Shown here in pieces: positions 12,628 through 25,559 of a DNA stretch of 64,000 bases. A program made the position numbers and the translations under genes. This stretch comes from Leucoraja erinacea (Eukaryota), in the NCBI RefSeq assembly GCF_028641065.1, contig NC_073386.1, positions 22,630,001 to 22,694,000 of the forward strand. Direction: 5' to 3'. Under the pieces are notes generated by a model, which was not told the DNA's origin, did no database searches, and saw only the letters and a program-made list of their open reading frames with translations. Numbering within the stretch: position 1 is the stretch's first letter; every line of letters starts with the position of its first letter.

Positions 12628-14053
12628 AACATATCCCACTTTTCAAGAAAGGAGCGAGAGAGAAAACGGGTAATTACAGACCAGTTAGCCTGACTTCGGT
12701 GGTGGGAAAGTTGCTGGTCAATTATTAAGCAGGTAATAATGGGGCATTTGGATAGCAGTAAAATGATTAGTCAAAGTCAACATGGATTTATGAAAGGGAA
12801 ATCATGCTTGACTAAACTTCTGGAATTTTTTGAGGATGTGACAAGTAAAATGGATGAAGGGATGCCAGTGGATGTAGTGTATCTAGACTTTCAGAAAGCC
12901 TTTGATAAGGTCCCGCACGGGAGACTGGTGACTAAAATTAGAGCACATGGTATTGGGGGAAGGGTGTTGACATGGATAGAAAATTGGTTGGCAGACCGGA
13001 AGCAAAGAGTAGGAGTGAACGGGTCCTTTTTAGAATGGCAGGCAGCGGCTAGTGGAGTGCTGCAACGCTCGGTGTTGGGGCCTCAACTGTTTACCATATA
13101 TATTAATGATTTGGAAGAGGGAATTAGGAGCAACACTAGTAAGTTTGTGGATTACACAAAGCTGGTTGGCAGTGTGAACTGTGAAGAGGATTTTAGGAGG
13201 TTGCAGGGTGACCTGGACAGGTTGAGTGAGTGGGCAGATGCGTGTATAATATAGATAAATGTGAGGTTATCCACTTTGGCTGCAAAAACAAGGGGGCAGA
13301 TTATTATCTCAATAGGGTTAGGTTAGGTAAGGGGGAGGTGCAGCGAGACCTGGGTGTCCTTGTACACCAGTAACTGAAAGTTGGCGTGCGGGTACAGCAG
13401 GCAGTGAAGAAAGCTAATGGAATGTTGGCCTTCATAACAAGAGGATTTCAGTATAGGAGTAAAGAGGTTCTTCTGCAGTTGTATAGGGCTCTGGTAAGAC
13501 CCACATCTGGAGTATTGTGTACAGTTTTGGTCTCCTAATTTGAGGAAGGACATCCTTGTGATTGAGGCAGTGCAGCGTAGGTTCACGAGATTGATCCCGG
13601 GGATGGCGGGACTGTCATAAGATTGAAAAGACTAGGCTTGTATTCACTGGAGTTGAAGGATGAGGGGATATCTTATAGAAACATATAAAATGATAAAAGG
13701 ACTGGGCAAGCTAGATGCAGTAAAAATGTTCCCAATGTCGGGCGAGTCCAGAACCAGGGGCCAGTCTTAGAATAAAAGGGAGGCCATTTAAGACAGAGGT
13801 GAGAAAAAACATTTTCACCCAGAGTTGTCAATTTGTGGAATTCCCTGCCACAGAGGGCAGTGGAGGCCAAATCACTGGATGGATTTAAGAGAAGAGTTAG
13901 ATAGAGCTCTAGGGGCTAGTGGAATCAAGGGATATGAGGAGAAGGCAAGCACAGGTTATTGATTTGGGACGATCAGCCATGATCACAATGAATGGCGGTG
14001 CTGGCTCGTTGGGCCGAATGGCCTCCTCCTGCACCTATTTTCTAAGTTTCTAT
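12628..14053 (+). mobile_element. 5'-truncated CR1 LINE (RT domain to 3' UTR), degenerate
   Basis: SQHGFMKGKSCLTKLLEFFE, DVVYLDFQKAFDKVPH, SGVLQRSVLGPQLFTIYINDL and SKFVDYTKL (mutated FADD), then a CR1 tail; contains stops and frameshifts. Confidence 0.93.
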
Positions 14054-15049
14054 AAATACAAACCATCGTTATAACACTAATTCCATTTTCCAACGCTTGG
14101 TCTGTAGACTTCCATTAAGTGGCAATTCAAGTACAAGTCTATATACTTGTTGTATGAAGGTTAATAAACAAATTTGAGCAACTGGTACCCAAATTAAAAA
14201 AACATCTAATATTAACTATGTGGGATTTAAGAGACGTTTTGATATGTACATGGAAGTGCAGGGAATAGAAGGAAATGGACCATGTGTAGGTAGATGAGAT
14301 CAGATAACTTGGCAAAAAGATTGTAGACTGAAGGGCCTGTTCCTGCGCTGTACTATCCTATGTTAACTGATATAAATACAAATTTCACATAATCTGCACA
14401 TTCGAAGAATGAAGGGTTAATCTCTTATTGGTATTTCATATCCACCTAACCAATGTAACTTCCTTTATATATATCATGATAAAAGACAACTTTAAGAATA
14501 TATCTCTCTGCATCAAAGGACGAGTTCTGAACAGAATTCCTCAAAAAGGTTCCAACCTAAAACTGTCATTTCCCTCTACAGAAGCTGTCTGAAGTCTTCC
14601 AGCAGTTTATCGATCTTTGCTCAAGACTTTCTAAGTTGGGTATGAGTACTTTCACTGAACCAAAGTGGGCAACAATAGCTTTTATTTTCTGAAAATTCTT
14701 CCATTCTCTCAAAAACTTTGTTTAAATTTCGCCTCTGATGCCGTCTTTCTTTTTTGAGTTGGCATCAATTTTCTTTGCAATTTAAAAGGAGTCAAATGCA
14801 ACCAATAATCAAATTTGTAGACTGGTCTAATTATTAACTTGTACACATGCTATGTAATAAAGTTACACCGCAGATTCTTAGAAAAGGAGAAAACATGGTG
14901 TTTATGAGGGGCAGAAAAAAAATCTATGGAGAAGATCAAAGTAATATAGGACTGTTGAGGTCAAACTCATCGGGGGTAAAGATCAAGAGCACATAATTAG
15001 TTCATGTATTGTAACAAATGCAATTTAGTAAAATGATACAACATATTAC

Positions 15050-15152
15050 CAGCTCAAGTTTAGCCTGAAACTCCCTGAGCTCATCTTCAGTCAGAGGCAT
15101 GAAGTTATCATCACTCTCAGGGCACTCTTGCCAACCCATTACTTTCAATAAT
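15050..15152 (-). CDS. GPBP1L1: GPBP1L1 coding exon 9: (R)LLKVMGWQECPESDDNFMPLTEDELREFQAKLEL
   Basis: Acceptor tttttgcacAG|A, donor CTG|gtaata; 103 nt; conserved vasculin domain. Confidence 0.95.
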
Positions 15153-16392
15153 CTGTGCAAAAATACAAGTTCAAATGTTAGCGCTGCTGATGTTGCTGTT
15201 ATTGCTATTTCACAAAGTTTGCAGAGACCACATTATAATCATTATCATTGGGCAGTAACATTCCGCTGATCTGAATCTTCAGCTGCTAGCATCTACATGT
15301 TGCTCTTCAGCAGCAATCCGGGTTCTCCAATGCCAGTGGCCAGCCATATAGTTGAAATCGACTTTACTTGCATGAGCTCCTCCAAAGAAGACACTACACG
15401 CTTCAAATGGGCTCTGACTTAACTCTTCAATGGTGTCAGCCACATGTTCATTTATCATCCAAGTGAAATATCTTTCAATAACAATTATCTGAAAACAAGC
15501 ATGATTCCAGCACTTAAAGGAAAACAATACTGATCAGACTTTACAATAAATTGTGTGTGTGCGCTTTGGTGTAGGGGAGGAGGGAATCCAGGTGGGAAAT
15601 TCAGAAATTCAAACCATATGTACAAAATTGAAGTGCAGAGTAACAAAATAAGGACTGATAAAGTGTTATTCAGAAGAGTATTGTCCATATGCTCCATAAG
15701 AGTAGGAACGTAGCAATAGTATTTGCATGTATGCAGCATTCTCAACAAGGCAAATCATTGACCGGAACGAATTAGAAAATGAAATGAACAGAGATAGTTC
15801 CAAAGTGAACGAAGCTGGAAATAGTCAGAATACACAACTTTATAAAGCAGGTAAAATAGAAAAGCGGGCAAGTCAGCCTAATATTAAAGAATTAGATATA
15901 AGCAGTGGAAAGTCAGTAGAAATGAATAATCTTACCTCAGAGATTAAGTAGTTGTATGACATAGGTTTAATTAAAAAAGACCAAGGGACAAAAAACAGTA
16001 TTGGGAGTTGCCTGTTGCGTCCAAAGCAGTGTAAAGCAGGAAATTAAAGGTTCACGTAAAAAGGGTAATAAAATAATCATGAAGACAATGATCTACGTAA
16101 GCACTGGGCAACCCGAATAAGCCATAATAATGTGGTGGATAAATTGATGCAATGTCTTTTGATGGTTTTCTTGATCAGTATATGAAGAAAACAATTAGTT
16201 ATTTCAGATCTCACTTTGTGCAATGAGAAATATGGATACACAAAAATCAGAAGGCTATTCGCCCTTTAAATATGCTCTCCTATTCAATTCAATCACAGCT
16301 GATCCTTTGTCCAAATACCTTATATCTGTTTCTCCCATATCCTTGAATCTCTTTTGCAATTTTCTCCTTCTCCCTGTGACCACAAAGAGTTA

Positions 16393-16598
16393 TGCCCCTG
16401 TCCCACTTAGGAAACCTGAACGGAAACCTCTGGAGACTTTGCGTCCCACCCAAGGTTTCCATGCGGTTCCCGGAGGTTGCAGGTAGTGGAAGCAGGTAGG
16501 GAGACTGACAAAAACCTCCGGGAACCGCACGGAAACTTTGGGTGGGGCGCAAAGTCTCCAGAGGTTTCTGTTCAGGTTTCCTAAGTGGGACAGGGGCA
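16393..16598. mobile_element. PIF/Harbinger-type palindromic MITE, 206 bp
   Basis: TIR TGCCCCTGTCCCACTTAGG, with arms of about 85 bp that are near-perfect inverted repeats. TTA TSD at 16390-16392 and 16599-16601. Confidence 0.88.
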
Positions 16599-16769
16599 TT
16601 AAGCTGCTACTTTAACCGATGCAAATGAAAGGGTGGGCTTTACACACAACATCCACAAAACAAATGTCCTCAACCATAGTGCTTTACAACAACAAACAAT
16701 CATGATGAAACCCTGGAAAAAATAGACCACTTCCCACAAAGACAGAAATTAATAACGAAAGGAATGAGT

Positions 16770-17200
16770 TGATCTCATTCTACATCAAAAAGTCTTGTCA
16801 ATGTCTGGCAGATATTGCAAATTGAAGTAACAGCACCTCATATTTTGCTTCGGCAGCTTATATTTCTCTAATTTCAAGGTGCTCCTGCATTCCCTCCTCG
16901 CTCTCTCCCCTTCCACTACCCTTGCCGTCCTACCAGTTCCACTGTTCGCATCCTTGTACCCCTCTTGTTAATACACCTTCCCCAGCCAACAAATGGGCCA
17001 TTATGGTGTCCACCTTTCCCAAGGTCATCTGTTGCTGGTCTGATGTTCTTGCCTTTTCTCGCTTCCAGTTTATTCCGACTCCCTACCCCTCACCTCTACA
17101 TTCAGTCTGCAGAGGGGTTCCAGCCTGCAATGTCACCTTTTCTTTTCTCCAGAGATGCTACCCGACCGCCAACTTTCTCCAGCATTTTGTGTCTATCTTC
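16770..17200 (+). mobile_element. Penelope-like element 3' fragment
   Basis: aaattgaagtaacagcacctcatattttgcttcggcagctta resembles a degenerate endonuclease C-terminus (KLEEQHLIFRLGSL). It is followed by a pyrimidine-rich UTR and the terminal ccagagatgct...ctccagcattttgtgtc unit. Confidence 0.6.
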
Positions 17201-17516
17201 TGAATTATATTTCACCCAGCTATAGTAGCAAGAACTTGAGTAAAAACACCTCTCCTGCTTCTTAGTTTATTCATATGGATCATCACTATCCTTTCTGAAA
17301 TAATATTTTGAGGTAATTTAAAATTAAAAACGATATTCTACTGTGAAACCACACTCAACAAAACTGTTAGAATTCAAATTTGTGGAATCTCTCTCTTTCA
17401 ACTTTAGAAGCTTAATTAGTCTGCTCCAAATCTTAATGTCAAACTATTGTCAAGCTTTATGCTGTAATTTAAAGAATTTTTAATCATAGATCTCGCAAAC
17501 ATCCAAATATGCATAC

Positions 17517-17638
17517 CTATGTTCTGCCTCAAGAGAACTGGAAAGGTAGTTTTTTTCTGGACCAAAGGAGGAAATGTTATGCTGATGACCATTCGCTTTC
17601 CCATTTCCCTTCCTTTCTGGAATATTATGGACACAGTC
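17517..17638 (-). CDS. GPBP1L1: GPBP1L1 coding exon 8: DCVHNIPE...YLSSSLEAEH(R)
   Basis: Acceptor ttcccccaatAG|GAC, donor AG|gtatgc; 122 nt; SSLEAEHR motif. Confidence 0.93.
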
Positions 17639-18569
17639 CTATTGGGGGAAAAAGTTCAAATAAACAAATGCATAATTGCATAATCAGAAAGTGGTTAGGA
17701 TAGCTTTGGAATATGGATTTTACAAAGTCACTATTTCATTTCAAACCCATTTCAAACTATGGAACATTTTAGTGAGTAAATAGAAAATGGAAATGTTCCC
17801 ATCTTCGCAAAGCATCTGCGTAGAGAGAATCACAGGATTGCTATTAATTCTGTTTTTTTCTCTCTACATGTTGTCTAAATTATACAGTATTTCCAGCATT
17901 TTGATTACAAACCATATTTATGGTAACCATGGTATTTTTGGTTTTGATTTGAAAGGAGTACCAGAAAATATAATTATACTATTTGCTTAGAAAGCACTAT
18001 TAAAAAACATGAAAAATATGACTGTTAGAAATGGGAGCTGCAATGAACGTTTTATTTCACATCAAAAAAGCAAAACATGCTTGGTATAACAAATTCAGGC
18101 ATAAACATAACATTTGAAACAGCGGTCGACGATTTCTGTCAAGATGATTGTAACTGCAAATCCTGCAAAGGCCCTGTTCCTGTGCTATACTGTTCTACGT
18201 TCTACGAAAAATTATCAACACCAATTTCAGTACTGATAGTTTTGTAACAAGTCCTTAATGAGAAAGTGATCGTCACAAACATTTTTGTAACTTAACAAAT
18301 CTCTCATGAAGTACTTGGCCTCAAGTTATCAGAATTTCCCCATTTGCCTCCATAGGAGATTTCAACCAGCAGTCTGTCACTGGGCAAGTGAAAAATTTGG
18401 TTGCGAGAAACAGAAAATGACCCCTCTTGAGAAAGCAAACCATGATGCTTTTTTCACTATCATCGGCAAATACCACCAGCATGTCTCCTGCCCCGATCTT
18501 ACGGCTACATCATTAACAAGGTTGCCTAGTACTCCATCCCTCACTCTCATTTCAGCCTGAATGATCGTC

Positions 18570-19130
18570 TGCAAGACAATCAGAGATGCCGAAAGACTTC
18601 CAAAATAAGTTGGAGGCACAATTTAATAAAGTGGATGTCAGCCAAATATACTAAGGCCAGAATACCATATTGGGTTGCGTCAAAGTCAGGGGCAATTTCC
18701 GGCAAAGAAAAATCTCTACTGGATGAGCTTAATACTTTCTATGCTAGTTCGGAACAGGCAAACAAAGCCCTGCCCTGTCATTCCGGTCCTATATTTCATG
18801 GTAGCAGAAGTCAAATCTGTTTGCATGAGGGTAAATTCTTGGAATGAGACCAGCCCACATAGAGTCCTTGGACAGGTTCTGAAATTGTGTACCAACCATC
18901 TGGCCACAGTCTACTGTCCCCATCTGCTTCAAGGAAATCTACATCATTTCTCTCCCAAAGAAAAAAAGTGATCTGTCTCATGATCTAGCACCCAATGGCT
19001 CTGAATATGACGATAATAAAATGCTTCGAAAGATTTGTAATGACATTTGTGCCAGTCTTCCGTACAGAAAAAAAATGTATGGAGGACGCCATCTCTCTGA
19101 CATTACATTCAGATAAGAATGTGCCTATTC
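18570..19130 (+). mobile_element. Degenerate Rex1/Babar-type LINE RT fragment
   Basis: Fragments SLLDELNTFYASSE, MALNMTIIKCFERFV and EDAISLTLHS lie in different frames. Confidence 0.65.
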
Positions 19131-19289
19131 ACCTTATCACTGGCCCTCATAACTTTATGAATCGTAGCTTCTTATGGTCCACGGAAAAATACACAGACTA
19201 ACTAGCCTCCCATTGCATCTCAAAAACTCTGGTACCGATAACATATTTGCTGATTTTTCCCCCCGCTCTTTTCAGTTTAATTGACAATA

Positions 19290-20280
19290 GGTGCAGGAGT
19301 AGGCCATTTGGCCCTTTAATGGCACCTTTCCTTTTGCAGAGCAACCAGAACTGTACACAGTCCTCTAAATGTGGTCATGCCAACATCTTGCACAACTGTA
19401 ACATGATATCCCAACCTCTGTATACAATATCCTGACTCGTGAAGGTAAATGTGCCAAATACCATCTTCATGATGCCGACTTCAAACCCGATCATCTGTAT
19501 CTCCACCTTCATGGAACTATATAGCAGTAAACCACGGTCTCTCTGTACGATAACACTCCCCAGACCCCTACCATTCACCGTGCAAATTGTGCAAGTCTAG
19601 TCTTAAGAAAACACAACAGCTCCCATTTATCTGAATTCAATGCTGTCTGCCAAACTTTGGCCCAGTTGATCCTCATCAAATTTTAGTCATTGACCTTCTT
19701 CATTCTCCACTATATTACTAATTTAGAAGTCACTTCCCCACGTTACTAACCGTTCCTTCACATCCAAATAGTTATTAAAAATACATAAAGCATCCGCAGT
19801 CTTCTGGCACCTCAACCGTGGCTATCATCTGTCTGTGGTCTTGCAATTAATCCCCTTGATGATGTCAGAGGATCCACACGATTAGGTCCTGGGGATTTAT
19901 ATACTTTTTAAGATCTCCAGTACTTCTTCTGTAAGGTGGACTCTCTTCAAGACATCACTATTACTTCCTGAATTCAGTAGCATTCATGTCTTTCCCCACG
20001 GTAAATACAGGTGAGAAATCTTCATTTATCACAATTCCCTTTTCCTGAACTTTCACACACAGACAACCTAATTGATCTTTCAGGAACCCTATCTGGTTAC
20101 TCTTTTGCCCTTAATATATTTGTAGATTCTCTTTGGATTCACCTTTATCTTATCTGCCAAAGACACCTCCTGTCCCCTTAATGGCCACACAATTGTCCTC
20201 TTAAATGTACTCCAACATTTCTAATACTCCCCTATCTCCCAGCTGCCTATAGCTGACATAGGCCTCCTTCTTATTCACTA
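19290..20280 (-). mobile_element. Old CR1 LINE remnant, interrupted by the hAT at 20284
   Basis: Minus strand reads GRGLGSVIVQRDRG...QDIVYRGWDIMLQLCKMLA, plus PHLEDCVQFW-like sequence. Confidence 0.65.
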
Positions 20281-20283
20281 GAG

Positions 20284-21703
20284 CAGCATTTCTCAACTGG
20301 GTTCCCCCCGGTGCACTAGGGCTCCGCGAGAGGTCGCTAGGGTTCCGAGAGAAATAGCGATAAATAGGCTAATCATATACAAATGCATTTTTGTGTCATT
20401 TGTGTGTTAACGAAATCTAGTGATGTTAACAGGGCTTATATCATCCTTTGGTAATGATAAACGGTAGCAAGGCGTTCATCCATTCCACATATAATACACA
20501 AAACAGATTGTAGCAAAACACTTGGAATTTTATGTTTGTAAAAAGCTCTCGTGTTTAATGAGTACTGCAGAACGATTGGAGTCGTTTATCATTTGATTCC
20601 TCTGAGACGAAAACGATTTGTTAACTGCCGCTGTTAATGCTTGTTAACTGCCACTGATAACATTTTGTTAACACTGTTATATGATGTGTCACCAATACAT
20701 CGATATGCATTCCTCAGTAAATATAATTGTGTTTTGACCTTCAAGTATTATTGACTCGATCCTTTGACTAAAATTCATGGGAGAATAGCACTTCTTGCTG
20801 ACGTGTCTGCTCTTTTGTCAAATCAAAAGTATGGAATGCTGCAGGTACAAATGTGTTGGTCATGTCCACTTACTGAGAAAATTCAATAACATTTCTTAAA
20901 ACTGTCTGATGCGGGTACAATTACTATTTGAACTTTGGATGTATTGGTGGATGGGGAAGATTTCAACGGGTATTGGACGGTCATTAAGGGCTCTGGCGGT
21001 CGAGCACGGGCTTCCTGGTGTGCAGGTACAATCCCTCATTCACCCACCTTATTTAGTAATTTTTACCCGTCATTTAGGGATGTTATATGAATTAAAAAAA
21101 TTTAATTATATTTATGTTTATTTTTGCTAGTTTATCAAAAGTTTATGTACGTTTCTGTTAGTTTATGAAAACTTTGTGCGTTGTTCTCTCTCTCTCTCAT
21201 TCTTCCTCTCCAAGGTTAGTTCTTCTGTTTTCCTTTATTTGCTTCAGTTTTAGTTGTTTGTGTTATTTGTTCATATTACATATTGCCTTGATTTATCTTC
21301 TGTCTTTTCAACTTTGTCAATAAACGATTGTTATTGTGGTAGTTATTATCCGTTTTCGTCTGTATATGTGTTATTTATGATGTTGGTTATTTATGGGGTT
21401 TTTTTGTTTTTACAGATATGGTTGATTTTTTTTGTGTGAATGAAAACCTCCTTATGAAGTCTCTTGAACAAGCAGTTTGATTTCAGTTTTTTTTTTTTGC
21501 ATTGTCAATAATCTTGAGAAAAACGCAAGTTAGTTTTTGTTTAAACCAGTTATCAGAAATATATATTATGTTTGTCTTATGAACTTTAAGTTTATGAAAG
21601 AGAAAGAAAGATTAATAAAGATATAATAATTTTTATGTAGGGGTTCCCCGAGATGAAAATCACTTTAAGGGTTCCGCAAGGGTCAAAAGGTTGAGAAACG
21701 CTG
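20284..21703. mobile_element. Non-autonomous hAT/Charlie-type element, 1420 bp
   Basis: TIRs CAGCATTTCTCAAC and GTTGAGAAACGCTG; repeated subterminal gggttccg motifs; TSD CACTAGAG / CACCAAAG (6 of 8 match); no ORF. Confidence 0.85.
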
Positions 21704-21996
21704 CACCAAAGCCTCAACATCTCACCATCTAGTTTTCTTTTGATGTTTTATAATATATGATCAAAGAGTAATTAAATTTATTTATCATCCATTGGAATCC
21801 GTGATCTATTTTTCCAATGTACCATAACCATTTGATGGACAAAGTTATGTAAAAATGCTAACCCAACACCACAACTCAAATTTCTCAATTTGTGGTTTAC
21901 TTGCAACCAATCTAAAAGCATTATTTAAATAAATGCTTGAGAATTGAAGATATACAAATTATTACATTTAAAATAAAAATCTGTTACTTCACTAAC

Positions 21997-22137
21997 TTCT
22001 AATTTGTTGAAATTCCGGTGTTCTGAAATGTCACCATCTTTTAATCCCTTCAAAAACTCACTCTTCTTGTCAGTCTTCACGCGAGTCATTTTTATTAGTC
22101 GACTCATCTCGAATGGAGGGATGGTGCTTGAAGGAAT
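21997..22137 (-). CDS. GPBP1L1: GPBP1L1 coding exon 7: IPSSTIPPFEMSRLIKMTRVKTDKKSEFLKGLKDGDISEHRNFNKLE
   Basis: Acceptor ttccAG|ATT; donor GAA|gttagt, with an alternative in-frame donor at 21988; TDKKSEFLK motif. Confidence 0.92.
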
Positions 22138-22244
22138 CTGGAACTAAAACCGTTGAGTTAAGTTAAAGCCATATTCTGTTCAAAAGGTATTAGTTCTCTT
22201 GCTATTAAGATGACTAAAATGCATTCTCAATATTATAATCCAAA

Positions 22245-22620
22245 TAATAATAATAATAATATTTATTTATATAGCACTTTTCAACAAAACCAGTATTTGA
22301 ACCAAAGTGCTTTACAAAGATTGATTAAATTAATTGAACAGATCAATGCAATAAATCCATACAAATCAAAAAAAGAGAAAAAAGAGAATAAGAAAAAAGA
22401 CACAGAAACAGTACACTATAGAAATCAACATGAAACGTCCCCCCACAGCAGAATTCACTGTGAGGGAAGGCACCAAAAATAACCAGTTCTCCCCCTCATA
22501 GTCCACCCGAGGTCGGGGCCTATATCTGGCCTCCTCAGCCAGCCCGGTGTCTTCAGGCCCTCCTGCCGCGAAGCTGGACCATCGGCGTCGGTGAACATCC
22601 ATCAGCGGCCAGGACTGAAG
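22245..22620 (-). mobile_element. GC-rich non-autonomous retroelement with L2-type tail
   Basis: The minus-strand end tgtaaagcactttgg...aaaagtgctatataaataaat(att)n is an L2-type tail. The body shares the gccttccNtcacag hairpin with copies at 35.7 and 54.2 kb. Confidence 0.6.
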
Positions 22621-23631
22621 ATATACATGACATTTAATTTCAGAGATTTCTGTCCCCTGACCCAATGCATTTAAAAAAAAATCAACGACACATTTGAGAC
22701 GTACAACAAATAAATTGACAAATTATTTTTAAATGGGTTCAGAATTCATAGCATGGGAGATTGAAGGCTTTAATTTCCAATGCCATTTTAGGGCAGGTAC
22801 ATCTGCTTTCAGAAACACCAAAATTTAGCGCCAGAATTAATATTTTTCCTGTGAAAAATTATTACAACCTCTAACAAAAATAGGTAACTGGTTAATTTAC
22901 AGTCACAGTTCAATCAAAAAAAATAATACCACAAACAACCAATATAACTTAAGACGGGAGCTGGCAATCTAAAAATCGTTCAAATGAACTGAATTCTAAC
23001 AGTAAACAGAGATAGAGAAAAAAATAAACTGCTGAACCTGGAATCTTGTTCAAAACACAAATGCAACGTGGCAGGTAGCTTCTGGGGAGGAAATGGACAG
23101 GTGACATTTCGGGACATTCTGGAGAGACGGTATTATGAAGCACTTACTTAGCCAAAATCTGGAACTGTTTATAATCCAGCATCAACTGAAATTCTCAACA
23201 GTTTAAATTTTTATTGGTAGGTTTAGATATCAAGGAAATAGAGTTGTTACATATTAGCCATGATCTAAGTGAATGACTCAATTGATGCATAACTCCACTC
23301 TGTTTTTGTTTGCCTTTTATGAATAAGAAGCCATTGATAAAGAGCAAAATGAAGCAAATCTTTAAAAATACAAAAAATACCATGATTTGCACATAGCAAT
23401 AAAAGGACAAACTCTCGTCGTTTCACATACAAACTGCTCTAATGGTGTGAGTAAAAAGAGAATAATTTTTAAAATGTTAAACGCTATTGATTATTTTTTC
23501 CACACTCGGGTCATTTGGGATCTCAGACAGATTGGAATTTCCAAAATAACCTTCAGAAGACCTCAATTGTGAATCAAAAGAAATAAATAATAATATCAGT
23601 CCAAACGAATTGGACACCAAACTTATCATAC

Positions 23632-23775
23632 CTCTTTTGGAGAGATATGACAAGAACTGCTACTGAACTGCGCTGGAGGTTTGATCATTGCAATAGGGCT
23701 TGTAAATGCTGAATCCTGGCCAGAGAAATGCAAGCTAGGTTTGTTCTCCCTTCCAGTGGATTTCCATGGACCTTG
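23632..23775 (-). CDS. GPBP1L1: GPBP1L1 coding exon 6: QGPWKSTGRENK...DSAFTSPIAMIKP...SPKE
   Basis: Acceptor atatAG|CAA, donor GAG|gtatga; 144 nt; SAFTSPI motif. Confidence 0.93.
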
Positions 23776-25559
23776 CTATATTTGAAAACATAGGAAATAA
23801 ATAATCTTATTAGTTTAAGAGTGTAAGATTACAAGTCTTAAAACATTCCATGAGAACCAGCAAGTCTTAAAGAATCACAAGCAAATTGCTGTGCAAAGCA
23901 AAAATAAGGAAGGAAACATTTGGGCCTTTGAATTAGATTTATCGTAGTATAAATAAACTACACCACTTATAATTCAACTTTTATGTATTGAAACCATATC
24001 ACAAAAAATATTCAAATCAAATTATCTTTGCTCATTGCACAATCATGCACTTGTTTTAAATAAATGATTGTTAGATACACCTGAAGGGAGTGCTGTATAA
24101 GATCATTTTGCATTCGTACTCTAAGATTTATAAACAGTATTTCTGACATCAAATGCCATGTGGCTGGAACCAGTACTCAACTGAGAGGAAATGGATTGTG
24201 GTGCAATTTAAAAATATTGAATAAGAAATTTTGCAAATACAAGATGATGCAATGTAAAACTCTCACTTACAAAACAAAATAGTAAACAAGGTATGAAGTA
24301 TAACTAGTATGTAGCAGAGCTCAAAATAAATCTGGAAAAAGAAAATAGTCGAAAAAAATAAAGAAATAACAATGAAATATTTGAAAGCAGCACAAAATAG
24401 CTTAATTTGTTCCTAAGAACGTCAGAGTGAATACATGGTAGACATACTCAGGATTTACAAATCACAAAGCAAATACAATTTTCAAAGGAGGAAGATGTGA
24501 GTAGAGAACTAAAAAATTTGCATCTGGAAATTTAACAGAACTCAGAAGCTGAAGCAGATTCTGATAATATGCATCCAGAATGTTGAATGATCTTAGTCAT
24601 ATAGGTATGTTCATCTGCTACATAGGAACTCTTAAATCCAGAACTCGAATGAAATTAGTGAACAATTTAAAATGATCAATCTTCAATCAGATTGTTAACA
24701 ACTGTTTATTTAGGAAGAGAATGTGCAAAGGGAATGCGATAAAAAGACAATAATCATTTCCACGAGTGCATTAAAACAAAAACTAAAAATCACATTTAAA
24801 AACATGATATAGTTAACAAAAAATATAGCAGCATAACAGAAATACACACAGACTCAAACATTTGGGCCAAATGGTCTATGCCCTTTCATTTTAAATTCAC
24901 TCTTCCACTCTGCTTTTGTATCACTCCATTCTCCTCTTTACACTTCATTTCAGCCATACCTTTCTTCAAGATCTACATTCTAATGTAAAGAAATGTCTCT
25001 TCATTGTTATCTGGTCATACTTAATTCAATCACTGAAAACAGTTTATAGTCTACAAAACCTGGTTACAATTTTAATAAGCTCCAGAAGATCTCCTTTAGC
25101 TAGCCCTTTAGACCACAGAACAATACCACACAGGTACAGGCCCTTTGACACATAACATCTTGTCTGATTTGTTCATCTCCTTAATTTTGATAATAATTCT
25201 GCATATCTTTATTTTGCCTAGCAGTTCAACATCATTTTATTGCTTATAGATAAGACAAGTACTTCAAATATGACCAAGCGAATATTAAACATGACATGGG
25301 TCTATTAGTGTAGAAATAAAGACAAGCACTTGCTTAGAGTTTTTATGATCTAACCAGTCAATACAGTGTTTTTTGATGATTTATGCATTTGTGTTATCAA
25401 ATCTGTTTCTATAGTTTTCAGATCTGTGCTGGTATTCCTGTATTAAGTTGCAGATTCATACATTATTAATCACCTCCCCACAATTGGCATTTACCAATTT
25501 CTAAATTTCAAACATCAAATCTTTTACATAATTACTTACCACTTGTCAGATCGAGAAAG

